Source: Vicugna vicugna (taxonomy: Eukaryota). Taken from it: a DNA stretch of 64,000 bases. The notes under the pieces are model-generated. The model did not search any database, was not told the origin of the DNA, and worked only from the letters and a program-made list of their open reading frames with translations. Shown one piece after another: positions 51,850-64,000 of the stretch (the first letter of the stretch is position 1; every line of letters starts with the position of its first letter). The translations under genes and the position numbers were made by a program. The stretch is taken from positions 8,200,295 to 8,264,294 of the forward strand of contig MU058636.1 of NCBI GenBank assembly GCA_013265495.1. Reading direction: 5' to 3'.

Positions 51850-52560
51850 TACTGGGCATCTAACTTAATATTGTTTAAAGAACGTACATAGATCACATAT
51901 ATGTACAGATCAACAGGTTTTCCCAGAGTGAACACACTTATGTGACTATGACTACCCACATCAAGAAACAGAACAATTATTGGTGCCCCAGGAGCCTCTC
52001 TTGTGACCTTCATAGTCACTACCTGCTCCTCCGCTCCATAAGCAGTCTCCATTCAGACTTTCGAGGGTCATATAAATGGAATCATACAGTGTGAAGATTT
52101 TTTCTGGGTCTGATTAAGTTTCTAGAATGCATCCATTTTATTGTAAGTAGCAGTAGTTTGTCATTTTTCATTGTAGATAGCCTTCCATTGTGTGTGTGTG
52201 TGTGTGTGTGTATCAAAATTATCAATCCATTCAACTCTAAATAGGTATTTGGGGTTTTCCCAGTTTTGAGCTGTTATAGTGCTGCTGTGATCATGTCTGC
52301 CTAGTTTTTTTTTAATGAACACAGATACGCATTTCTGTTAGCTATAAAACTAAAAGTAGAATTGCTTGGTGGTATGATGTGTGTTTTTCAGTTGTAGAAG
52401 ACATTACTGGAAGGTTTTCCAAAATGGTTGTATCACTGTGCTAACCATCAGTATATGAGAATTCCAGTCTCTCAGGAGTCTTACCAACACTATTGTCAAT
52501 CTTCCTAATTTTAGCATTCGTAGTTGTGAAGTGGTATACTGTTGCATTTCCCTAATGAAA
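51850..52560 (-). mobile_element. L1ME-like 3' end containing (TG)n at 52189-52211
   Basis: 'cagagtgaacacacttatgtgac...cacatcaagaaacagaaca...catataaatggaatcatacagt...ttccaaaatggttgta'. Confidence 0.8.
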
Positions 52561-52574
52561 TACTTTAAAATAGC

Positions 52575-53630
52575 AGCGCTACCTCTTCCTGATGATCAGG
52601 GCCAATTATTTTTGTCAAGATTATGGTTCTTGCCTGTTTGTCCCTGGTGGTGGTATAGCTTGGAGTTGAAAGGGACTATTTGTTCTGTGGTGAAAGTGTG
52701 TCCTCTTTAGGGATCAGGACCTCCAACCCTACAGAGCTCAGAGCTGTGGGGATGAAAATTCCAGGGTCCTCAGGGGGTCATGGGGAGTGATGGAAAGCAG
52801 ACCATCACATGCCTTGGTTCCCATACTCGTTACCATATACAATTCTTTAGTCCCACGTCTATACTGCTTCACAGAGGATGGAATTCCATCCTTGTAGTGC
52901 ATTGTCTCTAAACTGGCACATCAATTGTGAATTTCAGTAACGATAGCAGCTTTTTTGTTGGTATAATATGCATTCCCACCAGCAGATCCTACCTTTCTAT
53001 TGTCAGGGCCCACTCTTGTACCTCTTCTGTTGTAAAAATGGGTCATCTGGGCTGATGCAATGTCATGTGGGTCCCAAGTAATGGAGTGAATACTCTGTGA
53101 GCCCTTGGATAGTGGTGTGAGCTGAGGCTTGAAATGCAGGAAAACCTGTACCTAGAATGTATATCTGTTTCTCCGAAGTCAAGTCATTGGCCTTTCCAGG
53201 ATGTAAGAGGCCCATGTAGTAAGCTTGACCCCATATGGTGGAACTTGGCAGAATCCTGGAGGTATGGTGACATATGGGGCTCAACCTTGGCATCTGTTGC
53301 TGTCCAGATGGGCATTCAGTGGCAGCCTCAGCTGAATCATCCCCAATCAGTGGGAGTTCACACATGGCCCATGTATAGCCTCCGTATCTTTTACCTTAGC
53401 CACTCCATTCATGTGCCCGTTGTGGCTCTGTCGTGACTTATGACTGAGGCTGGCTGAGAAAAAACTGGGTCGGTTTTTCTCTTTGGTTGTGTAGTGCATC
53501 TCCTGTTTCAGGTGCTCTTTGATGTGCTTTAACATGTGACACAAAGATCTTCACACTTTGTGCTCACTCCCGTGTGTACATCCACCTGTCTCTCCACCAG
53601 ACCTCCTTGTCTCTATCCTCCAATCTTTCT
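52575..53630 (-). mobile_element. ERV-L internal pol remnant (RNase H end, integrase, dUTPase-like), frameshifted
   Basis: Minus-strand peptides 'VKIFVSHVKAHQR' (RNase H), 'AATECPSGQQQMPRLSP...ASAHTTIQGLTE' (integrase, ORF 53063-53365) and 'PDHQEEVALL' resemble ERV-L Pol. Confidence 0.85.
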
Positions 53631-53639
53631 TGGCATGCC

Positions 53640-54235
53640 GAAGAATTGAAAAGCAAACTAAATACCAGATGTTGTGTATGAAAAATTATGGAGATAATTT
53701 GTGAAGCTCTGCTTGATGTTATCTTTCTCCAGAGAGGATTTAATACTAATTCACCCTGTCTTAGAGCAGGAGCAGATCTCCTTTACCAGGTCTTGGATTT
53801 AGCTGGTTCAGTGCTGGATTTTTATGTGAGCTTTGCCCTTCATCCTAACGTGTGGAATTTCGAAGTCTTCTGGAGGTCTGGGTTGTTTGTCAGGGGCCAC
53901 CTTCTTTGGGGGTTCCTGAACTCCAGCTTTTCTCTCTCTCGTCTCATTAGATTCTTCAAAACTCAACTCAGGTTCTCAGCATTTTGGCCATTGTTTTCTG
54001 CTTTGCTTCTCAGCCTCTTAATCCTGTCCTTCTTAGAGCCTAGCAAATATCTTACAGGAAAAACACAAGAGAGAACTTCCGTTTCTCTCCAATATCTTGA
54101 ATGCTCACATTATTCTATCTTCAAACACATATGTTTTAAAATTTTCTCCAACTTTTCTAAATGTTTCAGACTAACTCTGTGAAAATATTGCTCTGCAACA
54201 AGCTACTCCTCCAATGTCAGAAGCAGGAAATCCTG
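53640..54235 (-). mobile_element. Probable old L1M 5' end fragment
   Basis: Ends 'caagctactcctccaatgtcagaagcaggaaatc', an antisense L1M 5' terminus pattern; degraded. Confidence 0.45.
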
Positions 54236-54989
54236 GAGGCTTTTTCAGTGAGAGAAATGTACTAGGTTTGTTATTGTATTCCCAGTGCCTTCCAGAACCC
54301 TCAATACATGAAGGTGCTCAGAAATTTTTTCAATAAATGAAAATATGCAAGAGAAGCATAAAACAGGCCCATATTAAGGGGTATTTTTGATCTAATGAGC
54401 TAGCTAAGATTCACTGAAAATTATATAAAAGCTTAGTTTAATTCCAACACATTTAAGAGAATCTTTCATTACAACTTGAATTCTGTTTTATCTTTTTCCT
54501 CCCTCTAAAACATTTGGAACACATTCTACAATTTTTTCCTCAGTCTCATATTGTCTTAATAGTATGTTTGATGTTACAAGCTGGGAAATATGTTTGTCAT
54601 CTTAGCATAAGGTAAGCTCTAGAGGAAAGGCTACATTCATATGTCTGCTACATTCTTCAACATGTCCCAAGCAGTGCTAAATACATTGATGGCATGTGAT
54701 AATACCTTCTTTGAAATATAAGGTAATTGAAATTAAAGTGCTATATTCTAAACCTGAAGGATTCATATAATGTGTATGGCAATGCATATCTTTTAAATAC
54801 AAAAAATCTGGATGTGTATATTTTTGATGTGCAGTAGATTTTGATGTGTGGTGGTTTTGGGTATGCTACATGCAGAGCACTGTGTTTCTGAGTAAGTATC
54901 CCAGTGCTTCATTGGTGTCATTCAGAGTTGCCACCATGGCCTGCTGAGAGGAGGACAGAATCACTGTGATTAAAAAGTAAAGATCTGTT

Positions 54990-55170
54990 CATTTCTTGCT
55001 TAATATATGACAGATACCATGGTTATTATTTTAATAGATTGTCTCGTTTAATCTCCATGATGACCCTATCCAAAGATACTATTGTTATCCCAATTTTTAG
55101 AGGAAACTGAGGCAGAAAAAGGTAAGCCACTTTCCCAAGGTTATAAAGCTAGCAAGTGGAGGACCTAGAA
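54990..55170 (-). mobile_element. MIR SINE
   Basis: 'tctcgtttaatctccatgatgaccctat...tttagaggaaactgaggcagaaaaaggtaagccactttcccaagg'. Confidence 0.8.
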
Positions 55171-56009
55171 CAGTGATTGTGGTAGCAAGTGGTCCTAATA
55201 AAATATGTTGCACTGTTCCGCTCTCCATTTCAAATTCTCCAGTCCCCAGTCCTGGTCACGAAGGGGAAGCAGAGAGAGAAGTATGATTCAGTTTCCTGTC
55301 CCAGCACCCTCAGCACAGCAACACGGAGAGGAAGGGAAGGAATTCTTATTTAAACGTTTTCTTTCACCTTAGGCATATATAATTATCTGTAGGAAAAGAT
55401 GTTTTACAATAAGCATGAGAATTTTAACAGTTTTGTTTCTTTCATATTCTGGGTTCTCTCGTTTCTTCATTTTTCACTGGAAAATATTGCTATACTCAAG
55501 AAATATATAAAACAATGTTGAAGGTGCCAAAGAAGAACACTCAAAGTATCAGAAGGGATAAAAATGTCACTCTGTAAGGACGGACTGAAATATTAGGGCT
55601 TCTTTAGTTGGGAAGAATAAATATTAAGTGGATATTCTCAAAGTTTGGAAAATCACAGAGATTATTTTTTGGATGAAAAAAGAACAGAATATATGAAAGA
55701 ATAATGTTTGTAATACCTGAACTGTTTAGAGGGGGAAAAATGATGGGTTTCCTTAGGAAGAATTGAGAACCAGTTAGCCAGATGGAGGTGACAGAGAAGT
55801 CCATTTTCCCAGAAATTCAAAATTATAAAAATGAAGATTGTGATGGGTTCTGTTTTTATTGGATGAATTATGAGGAGAGAGGAGAGAGAGAATGAGGGAC
55901 ACCTCTGTTTCAGAATCATGGGGGTTATTAATATCCTGGCGATAACTTGGAAGCTAACAATAGATAAAGTTATTGGGCACATAGTTTGGGTGTTGCAACT
56001 AGAAAAAGA

Positions 56010-56020
56010 TGTGTGTGTGT

Positions 56021-56052
<32 letters not shown>

Positions 56053-56080
56053 CTGTGTGTGTGTGTGTGTGTATGCGTGC
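56010..56080. repeat. Interrupted (TG)n microsatellite
   Basis: Directly visible; about 35 units with tc interruptions. Confidence 0.95.
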
Positions 56081-58039
56081 TCCAAACAGAGTAATACACC
56101 TCTTCAAGCTATTGCTGGTTATACAAGAGAGGCATTTCAGGAGCATAACTTCTAAGAGAAGATTCAGCATTGCTCTGCTTGAGTTGGGATAACACTGGCA
56201 TTTAATTAAATCAAGAGCAGATTAGGATGGTGAAGAGGAGCAGAAAACCACACTGGGGAGTCATCATGTCAGGATTCCTTTATTCTGTATCTGAGCATCA
56301 GTGTAAATTTTGCAAGTGATTATATATCGAAAGGAAGTTCTGGAATTTCACTTTAATGAAATTTACCGACAGACACACATTTTTATTCAACATAACTTTT
56401 GTAATTTTTTCCAGAGTGCTACATGAGACAAGCTCAGTCATTACAGAAAAATGGAGGGGAAAAAGGGAATAAGACAGGTCAAAGCAATTTAAAAAATTTC
56501 AGTCATCATAATTACTTAGAACAAAACTATGTAGTTTTAAAGTTATTTCATTTTTACTAGTTACTTATTTCCATTGGTAGAACTGACATTCTGTTTTTCA
56601 GTCATTGCTTTAAATCTTTTAATTGTAACAGCATTTCCCAGGTGATATGTATTTCTTCATGATCCAAATTAGGATTGATATAAAGTGAATTAAATTTGTA
56701 AACCTTCTGTCTTTAAAACATAATCTCGTGTTTAGCAATTAAATTTTACTTGAAATATTTTATTAATAAAACCGTTTGTTTCTACATGCTTGATAATGCT
56801 TATGATTTGGTGATTTCTTATTTTCATTTATAAACTATATATTTAAGATATTTAACAGCACAGAGTGAAACATTTGAAATTTCTATTCTCCACGTTCACA
56901 GCAGATTTTAAAGTAAGGGCTTAGAAATATGAGTAATCAATTGTCAGGGACACAGATAACTCTTTGGAATGCCTACCAGTAGAAAGAGAAAAAAAAATCA
57001 TGACAGTTTAAAATTACACTGTGCTCTTCATCATATTACAGACTTAATCTGCTCACTCTAACTTTCCCTCTGTCAGCTTTGCAACTTCATTTCTGTGTTT
57101 AATAAAGAACATGTAGGAAGATATTATTTAGAACTCAAAAGAGGTGTTTAGGAGAGAAAAACTACAGTGTTCCGCTGTTAACATTCTTCTTTCCTTGGCG
57201 GAGGGCACATATACTAGCTTCCTTCTTTAGCACGAGACCCATTCCGGGTCTCTCTCCTGGCTTTTCGTCCTGTAGTTTGGTTCTCTCATGTCGCATTACT
57301 TCTTTCCAACCCCCTGTTCAGTAGTTTGGTTTTAGAGTTCATAATCTCTAATTGATTTCATTCCCTTAATTCATCAGAAAGCGCAATGCGGGCATTTCTG
57401 AGTTATCAATGAAAGCTTAGCTTATGAACAGAGGGTATCCCACCATAATTATTAATCATAAGATTTGGGATGTCAAGGATGTGTGTTTGTATTTATTGCT
57501 GCAGGCTAAGTCAAGTGCCCAGAAAGTGTAGGCAACTAGTATTACTTTTCTGTGCTTGGATATATAGCTTCTTTTCTTTTCTTCCTGCTGCCTTCTTTGT
57601 TAACCTTCAGTGAATTTATCCTTTACTCATATAATCACTTAGTTAATTTAGCCTAAAAGACAGCGTTGGTGTATTAGTGATGAATGTATTATGTAAGATC
57701 CCTGATTCTTTAAGTCTGAGATAACTTTAGAAGTATAGCAGTTAAGTCTCCCAAACTGGGGTAGAGTTTTATGACTTGACAGATGGCCATCCCATTCTCT
57801 TTGAAAACTTTCACATTTTTCAATTTTCTGAGAGCTCTTGTATTTTGAACTATATTCCATAAATTGAAGTGCAATCTGTCTCCATATTACTATTATCCAT
57901 TACACAACTTCTGTTATGATGTTCTCAAGAATAACTTTTAACCCTGTCACAGAAAATCACTTTAAGTTTTGAATTCAGCTCATGTGAATCTAGGTTCATC
58001 TCATTCTCCTAGTTTTTTTTTTTCAGACTTAACACAAGT

Positions 58040-58380
58040 AATGGTAAGGTTGAATAGTGAGTATCAAAATATAAGTAACTTAAAAAAGTTAGGAAGTGAT
58101 TTCCCTCCCATGTAAAAGTTTATAGGTAAGTGGTTTGGTCATGTTTTGTTTGCTTTGCTTCGCAAAGATTTAGGACTCAAGGCTTCTTCTAGCTTATTGT
58201 TTTTCTGTGATAACCTCCATTCCCAAGGTGGCCTCATGGTCCAAACCAGGTCACTTGGCTAAATCTACTTTTAAAGGACTCTTCATTTGGGGTGGTTAAA
58301 TGCTCAGTTAAAATCAAGTATTCTGTAACTGTGGGAGAAGAACAGAATAATTTTTGGAGAGCAATTAGCATGCTCAGGCA
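58040..58380 (-). mobile_element. Old MLT1 LTR fragment
   Basis: 'taggactcaaggcttcttctagcttattg...ttcccaaggtggcctcatggtccaa'. Confidence 0.45.
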
Positions 58381-59794
58381 TAGAGGGTTATGCCTCAGAG
58401 ACTCATAAGTATTCTGGTCGCCCTTTTATTGGTGAATTTAGGTTCTGATTGCCTATGGTCCCCCTAATGAACACAGTAATCTGAGATGAATACAGTGGAC
58501 ATGCTATGTGCCTTGATTTTCAACACCGCCTAAGATAGCAGCCAACTATCCTGGAATTATCATCTTCACATGAATTATAATTAAGGGTAGGTAAAAAGTT
58601 GTTCTGTGCCACTCATGGTATCAGAATTGGGATTCAAATTAAACTCAGAATCTGTGCTGTATTGATTTTAATCTTCTGCTGTCTTCTCCTAAAATAAATA
58701 CTGGCTAAAAAAGGGAAAAAGAGTTTTCCACTACAGGTAAATATGTACTTTTACGTGAAATAGCACCCTACTGCCTACATACACACACCACACACATTGC
58801 TCATATGTACATATACAATGTGTGTCATGGCAGTATAAAATACTATATTTTCTGGGCATCTGAATTGTCAAAACTCTTTTAGATATGTTTATAAGGCCAG
58901 ATTTATAAGTTTCAAAGATGAAAACTTTTAGATTTTTAGTTATTACCCTTGGATTTTGGGGCTTTGTGAAAATACACAGTACAGAAAATTTCTGCAAGTC
59001 CAGCAGAAATCGGCTTTATGGGGATAGACTGGGTAGAAAAATTAATGGAGAGTGTAAAGCCACTGCAGACTCCTTGGATTACTAGTGGATTTGAAAATGA
59101 ACAGGTATTTGCATGAACAGTAGTTTGACTGCTTATTATCCTTTGCTCTCGTCTCTGGTCACATTACATGATGTAACCCGATGAATCAGAAATTGGATCT
59201 GTATGGGGAGATGTGGGTGACCACAGTCCCCTGCTGGTCCCTGCTTCTGCAGACGAGATATTCCAACATCCTCTGGCATCATTTTGGAAATCAACCAGAA
59301 CTTAAGGTTTGTTAGGGAAGTCTGCTAAAATGCTCACAAATAGAGCAAACACCGCTATCGGAGGCCTGTTCTTGAGACTTGTACTCCTGACCTCCAAGAA
59401 ACCTTGTGGACTGAAGCTCTTTGACTTATAGTTCTGCTCGCCATCCTCACTTCAAAAGTCTGCTGTTATCTCCTAGATGTTCGTGTTTGTTCTCAGAGGC
59501 ATTACTATCTTAAAATCTACTGTCTGAGGGCCTCTGAGAACTAGTCTTTATCCGTGTGGTCTGCTTAATGTAGGCCTGCATTTACGAAACAGAACTGATA
59601 TAGTTGGTGGGATTTACCCCTGAATGAGAGATAGGACTGATAAGTCCACTCTCTCTACTCTTACAGTGCATGGCAGTTTAACAATTCTGATTTTATCAGA
59701 TACACCAGTTCTTGATTTATAAAATTACATAAAGTAATTTTCTCTTAGTGTGGTTTTTGGACCACTAACATCAGCATCACCCAACGTGCTGATT

Positions 59795-60135
59795 AAAGGT
59801 GCTGTAAACATCCTTATGCAGGTTTTTGTGTAGGCATAAGTTTTCAACTCCTTTGGGTAAATACCAAGGACTGCAATTGCTCAATTGTATGATTAATTTA
59901 GTTTGTATAAATGTTGAGAATTTAGTGTGTTTAGCTTGTTTAGTTTTGTAAGAGTATATTTAATTTTGAAAGGAACTGCTAAACTTTCTCTCAAGGTGGC
60001 TATACCATTTTGCATTTCTACCAACAGTGAATGAGCGTTCCTCTTGCTCTACATCCTTGTCAACATTTGGTGTTGTCTGTGTTCTGGATTTTGGCCATTC
60101 TAATAGACAGGTAGTGGTATTCGTCATTTTAATTT
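59795..60135 (-). mobile_element. L1MC-like ORF2 3' fragment, preceded by a MER5-like start at ~59745-59795
   Basis: Colinear with 10590-10870 ('gctgtaaacatccttatgcaggtttttgtg...ttttggccattctaatag'). Confidence 0.8.
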
Positions 60136-60489
60136 GCCTCCCCCTCCCTCTTCTTTCTTTTTCCTCTTCCTCCCACACATAAATATGAACATTGTTGCTT
60201 TCTTTGAGTTTGAAGGCAACTACTTTTTATAAAATATTATGTTTGTTTTATAAAAAAAAATTGAAATTATTTCTACAATTAAAATCAGCATAATTTAAAA
60301 CCCTTAAAGTTTGGGATCTAAATTCTGTAAGTGTAAAGCTGATGTAATAAAATGTTTGCTTATTTCATTTCCATGATCAGTTTCTCTCTTTTTTTCCTGA
60401 TACTCTTTTTAAATGGGTACTCTCTGTATCCTTACTAGACTTTATTTTTCTTCTCAGCACTTGCCATCACCTGAAAATTATTATTTTTT

Positions 60490-60925
60490 AAAAAACTTAT
60501 TTTTTGAACAACTTTAGGTTCACAGCAAACTTGAGAGGAAGGTAAAAATTTCCCAGACAGCTCCTGCCCTCACATAGGCATAACCTTCCATGTTATCAAC
60601 ATCCCCCACTAGATTAGTACATTTGTTATAATTGATGAATCCACATCACAACAATTAACACGTCATAAGCACCTGAAGCCCATAGTTTACTTTAAGGTTC
60701 ACTCTTGGTGGTGTATGTTCTAAGCGTTTGGACAAATGTGTAATGACATATATTCATCATTATAGTATCACACAGAATATTCTTACTGTCTTAAAGATCC
60801 TCTGTTCTCCTCAAATTCATCCCCTCCCTTCTCCTCTCCATGGTAATCACTGACCTTTTTATTGTCTCCATAGTTTTCCTTTTTCCAGAATGTCGTATAG
60901 TTGGAATCGTATGGCATGTAGTTCA
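60490..60925 (-). mobile_element. L1MC1-like 3' UTR fragment
   Basis: Colinear with 9985-10400 ('ttaggttcacagcaaacttgagaggaagg...ttatcaacatcccccactaga'). Confidence 0.85.
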
Positions 60926-61149
60926 GTTTCTTCATTTATTTTTTATGAACATATAATAGGAGTTTGTCACAATGTTAATCCTCATGGATTTCTCTCTGAA
61001 ATAATCTTGTTGTTTACCTTATGTCTTTTCCAATGCCATTTGATAGATAAATCCTGATATAAAAAGCAATATTTTAGCTCTTTTGTTTGAAAGTTCTTGC
61101 CCTATAAAACAATGGCTATCAGTGTACATTAGCTAGTCCCCTCTATTTA

Positions 61150-61450
61150 TAAATGTTATTTGTAATTTTCCTTTTATCACACTAAAATAAAATTCATAGG
61201 TAATGTAACTAGCCTACACACATAATTTAAAAATTATGAATATAATTTTCTGGGTCTACCTTTAAAATAAAGAGAAGTAGAAGAATTCATAATAAAATAA
61301 TATGCATTTTAATTGAAAATATTTGGGCATAACTATACAAGAAGAGATAATAAAAAATCAGATATTTCTGATACTTAAAATTGATATGTTTAAGATAAAC
61401 AAGGTCACAAGCCAGTCTGTATCAGAAGTATAAGAAAGTGAAAGAACGAA
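61150..61450. mobile_element. Possible hAT-Charlie remnant
   Basis: 'aaataaaattcataggtaatgtaactagcctacacacataattt...aataaaataatatgcattt' resembles recalled Charlie sequence; weak. Confidence 0.35.
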
Positions 61451-62596
61451 GATGATATGAATATAAAAATATAGCATAAAAACTGTTACAGTAAGAAAAC
61501 ATACAAATACTTATTTGTATACGATAAGAAAGGGAAATGACCTTCACTGAGTTACTGGTAGCACACCAAGACTAACTACAAACAGTAGAGCCAGAGTAAA
61601 CTTGAAAGTAATCTTGAAACTAAGTTGGGCCTTATTTATAAGTGTACTGTCAAAATTGTTCCCTGTGTTATGACATAGGAGAGAGTAGTGACTTCCTTAG
61701 ATCAGCATTACTTCTAACTTGAACTCCCACTTGGGAGTCACTGGTACTTAAAAGACGTGGAGGACATGTCCTTTGATATGGAACTGGAAATAGAGGATTC
61801 GTTGGAAAAATAAGCAGCAATACAAGAAGCTATTAGAAGTTACATAGTCAACACCTGGGACAGTATCAGAAATAAAAACACCAGGCAACACAACAGAACT
61901 TTTTTGTTTAAGTTTTGTAAACCAAATTGAAAACAAGATAAAAACATAGGGTAGCTATAATGTTAAATATTTTTAAGCTGCATTTGTTAGTAAAATTCAA
62001 CCAGATCCCTGTATTTCATGTGCTTTGCTGACTGACTAATAGTGTTGGTCCTATGCCTGGTAAAAGAGATCTCAAATCTACTTTGATACATCAATGCAAT
62101 TGTTTAGTTGTTTCCCAGTAACTGCAGCACAGCTCTGAAACCTTACCTATCTTGATAATTTTAGTAGGGTGTGGTTGTACGTGGGTGTGTTTGTGTGCGG
62201 GTTCCCAGACAACACTATCGGTGTTTTCAGCATCAACATTTCCTGAAATAATTAAGTGAAAATATGCACTAAGTAATCAATAATGCCGGCTCTTTCACTG
62301 AAAGTGTATGGAAACTTTCCCTAGTGCTGTGAAATGTTCCATTCAACAACATGACTAATCTTCAATAATGTCTTCCAATTTGACATTGAAAGATACATAT
62401 TTTGTTATACATGTAGTTTAAAATGTTAAACAATTATTGCTATTAGTAGTAGTAGTATTAGGAAGAGAGGAGTCATGAATGGAAATTAGTTGAGTCATCA
62501 TTAGAATTGAAATTTGGGGAGAAACTGTAATGTGGAATAAAACACTGGATAGGGCTCAAAGGACAGAGAAAAGTGCTTGACTGGGAAAGATGTTTT

Positions 62597-62778
62597 TCCT
62601 CTACTTTATTGAGATATCATTAACATATAGCATTGCGTAAACACCACTTGTACAGGTGTTGATTTGATTTGATACGCTTATAAATTGCAAAACAGTTATC
62701 ACCATAGATTAGCTAACACATCCATCATGTCACGTTTACCATTTTTTTCTTTCTGGTGAGAACGTTGAAGATCTACTG
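62597..62778 (-). mobile_element. L1MA9-like 3' end with decayed TSD
   Basis: 'tttattgagatatcattaacatatagcattg...ttagctaacacatccatc...ggtgagaacgttgaagatctact'; TSD tgggaaagatgtttt / tgggagggatatttt. Confidence 0.75.
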
Positions 62779-64000
62779 TGGGAGGGATATTTTAAACCAT
62801 CACTTACTCATGAAGCAGTTCTTATCTTACTATTTTTTAAATTTTGGTTAAGAATTTTTCTGGTATACATTTAATCTTCAAAAATATTTCTAAATGAATT
62901 GTGCAAAATACATTATTATTATGATTGTAGTTTTTGAAGGTGGAGTCCCAAAACTGTTCTTTTCCAGGACAAAAGGAAAATTTCAGGGAAGGATTGTAGG
63001 TGGGGGATTTTAACTGAGTTGATATATCTGCAACTTTTTTTTTCTGGTGCATAATTTCCTACAGGTCTGTACAAATTGTGTAGATTTATAAAACCTTAAG
63101 ATTAGGGGAGATAGTGGGGAAGTGGCTGGCTGCAGTTGAAATAGCTTTGAAGTTTACTTCTGCCAAAGTTCCACAGCTTGTAGCTAATGAAAACACAGAT
63201 GGCGATCTGATTGGTATAGATCCCTATTTCCTTCCATTTTGCTAACGCATATTTTCCACAGGAGCATATTAGCATGATTCATAGTTCCTTCAGGTATTAT
63301 GTGGAAAAACATCTGTTAACTGTTGTATATGTAGGCATACACAGTTATTAAAATGGATAATTTGGAGTAGATTATTTGCTTCTCAGTTTATTTAGGTGGA
63401 ATTAATATACATAAAATCCCTATATGTGAAGGGTTATTATATCAAAAAGACCTAGAAGAGGCAGGCAGAGTCAGCTTCAGTTTTTCTCTCTCTGTGTGTT
63501 GTACCCGTGGGCAACTCACATCTGATTTGAAGTCTTTTTCCTTTGTGTGTAAAGAAGCTAATATGTTAGGTTATAAGTAGCAGGTGCTCTACTTGCACTT
63601 TAGTTTCTTACTGAACCGGAAGACAATTAAAGTTATTAAATGATTAGCAAGTATCTTCAAAGGATCTGGAATTTTTAAGTATGACGGAAGGCTTGAGGGA
63701 AGATTTAACCAACGTTTTATTAAATCTGTGGAATTACTCAGTTTAAGCTTGGCCTGTAGCAAAATTGTGAGCAGGAGGAGTTTGCTTCTGGGGAAACAAC
63801 CTATTTATTGCCGTTCTCCTCCCTTTAGAGCAGCTTGCTCTCCTCCACCCGTTTCAGTGGATCCATTCCCTCTCATTTTCTGGGTAGCTGACATCATCAA
63901 AGCCAGTACTCAGTTGTACAGTAAGGTGTGACACTCTTACAAGGTTCTAAAATTTTCTTCTTTCTGGAGTGACCCCATGTTAATAAGTGTAGCCAAACAC

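Noticed and set aside
53688..54182. Longest ORF (164 aa)
   Set aside because: L/F/S-rich, no domain recognised, and lies in a probable antisense L1 5' remnant.
55662..56192. ORFs with HT/CV repeats
   Set aside because: Artefacts of the (TG)n microsatellite.
63644..63931. ~95-codon open frame near the window end
   Set aside because: No recognisable homology and no convincing acceptor or start.

Overview
This is AT-rich, CpG-depleted mammalian non-coding DNA. I found no recognisable protein-coding gene, RNA gene or CRISPR-like array. All listed ORFs look spurious or repeat-derived, except degraded ERV-L pol fragments near 52.6-53.6 kb. Much of the window is old eutherian interspersed repeats (MIR, L2, L1M, MaLR/MLT1, ERV1/ERVL LTRs, hAT-Charlie-like pieces), plus younger L1 3' ends and two MER41-type solo LTRs. 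These younger repeats, with no visible Alu, B1, Bov-tA/BovB, PRE-1, Can-SINE or ERE elements, suggest a cetartiodactyl, probably a camelid (inference). L1s and LTRs lie mostly on the minus strand, and several + strand splice-site pairs sit in unique sequence, so the window is probably inside a large intron or 5' region of a + strand gene I cannot name. The best leads are: (1) a candidate internal promoter with two mini-exons ending in ATG at ~49.85-50.32 kb; (2) a 99-nt frame-preserving candidate exon with a hairpin at 32977-33075; (3) two nested transposon stacks with readable target-site duplications; (4) a perfect ARE motif inside a MER41-type LTR; (5) a perfect RFX X-box. I see no convincing evidence of a new biological system. 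Repeat family names come from remembered consensus sequences, not a database search, and boundaries are approximate unless TSDs are quoted.
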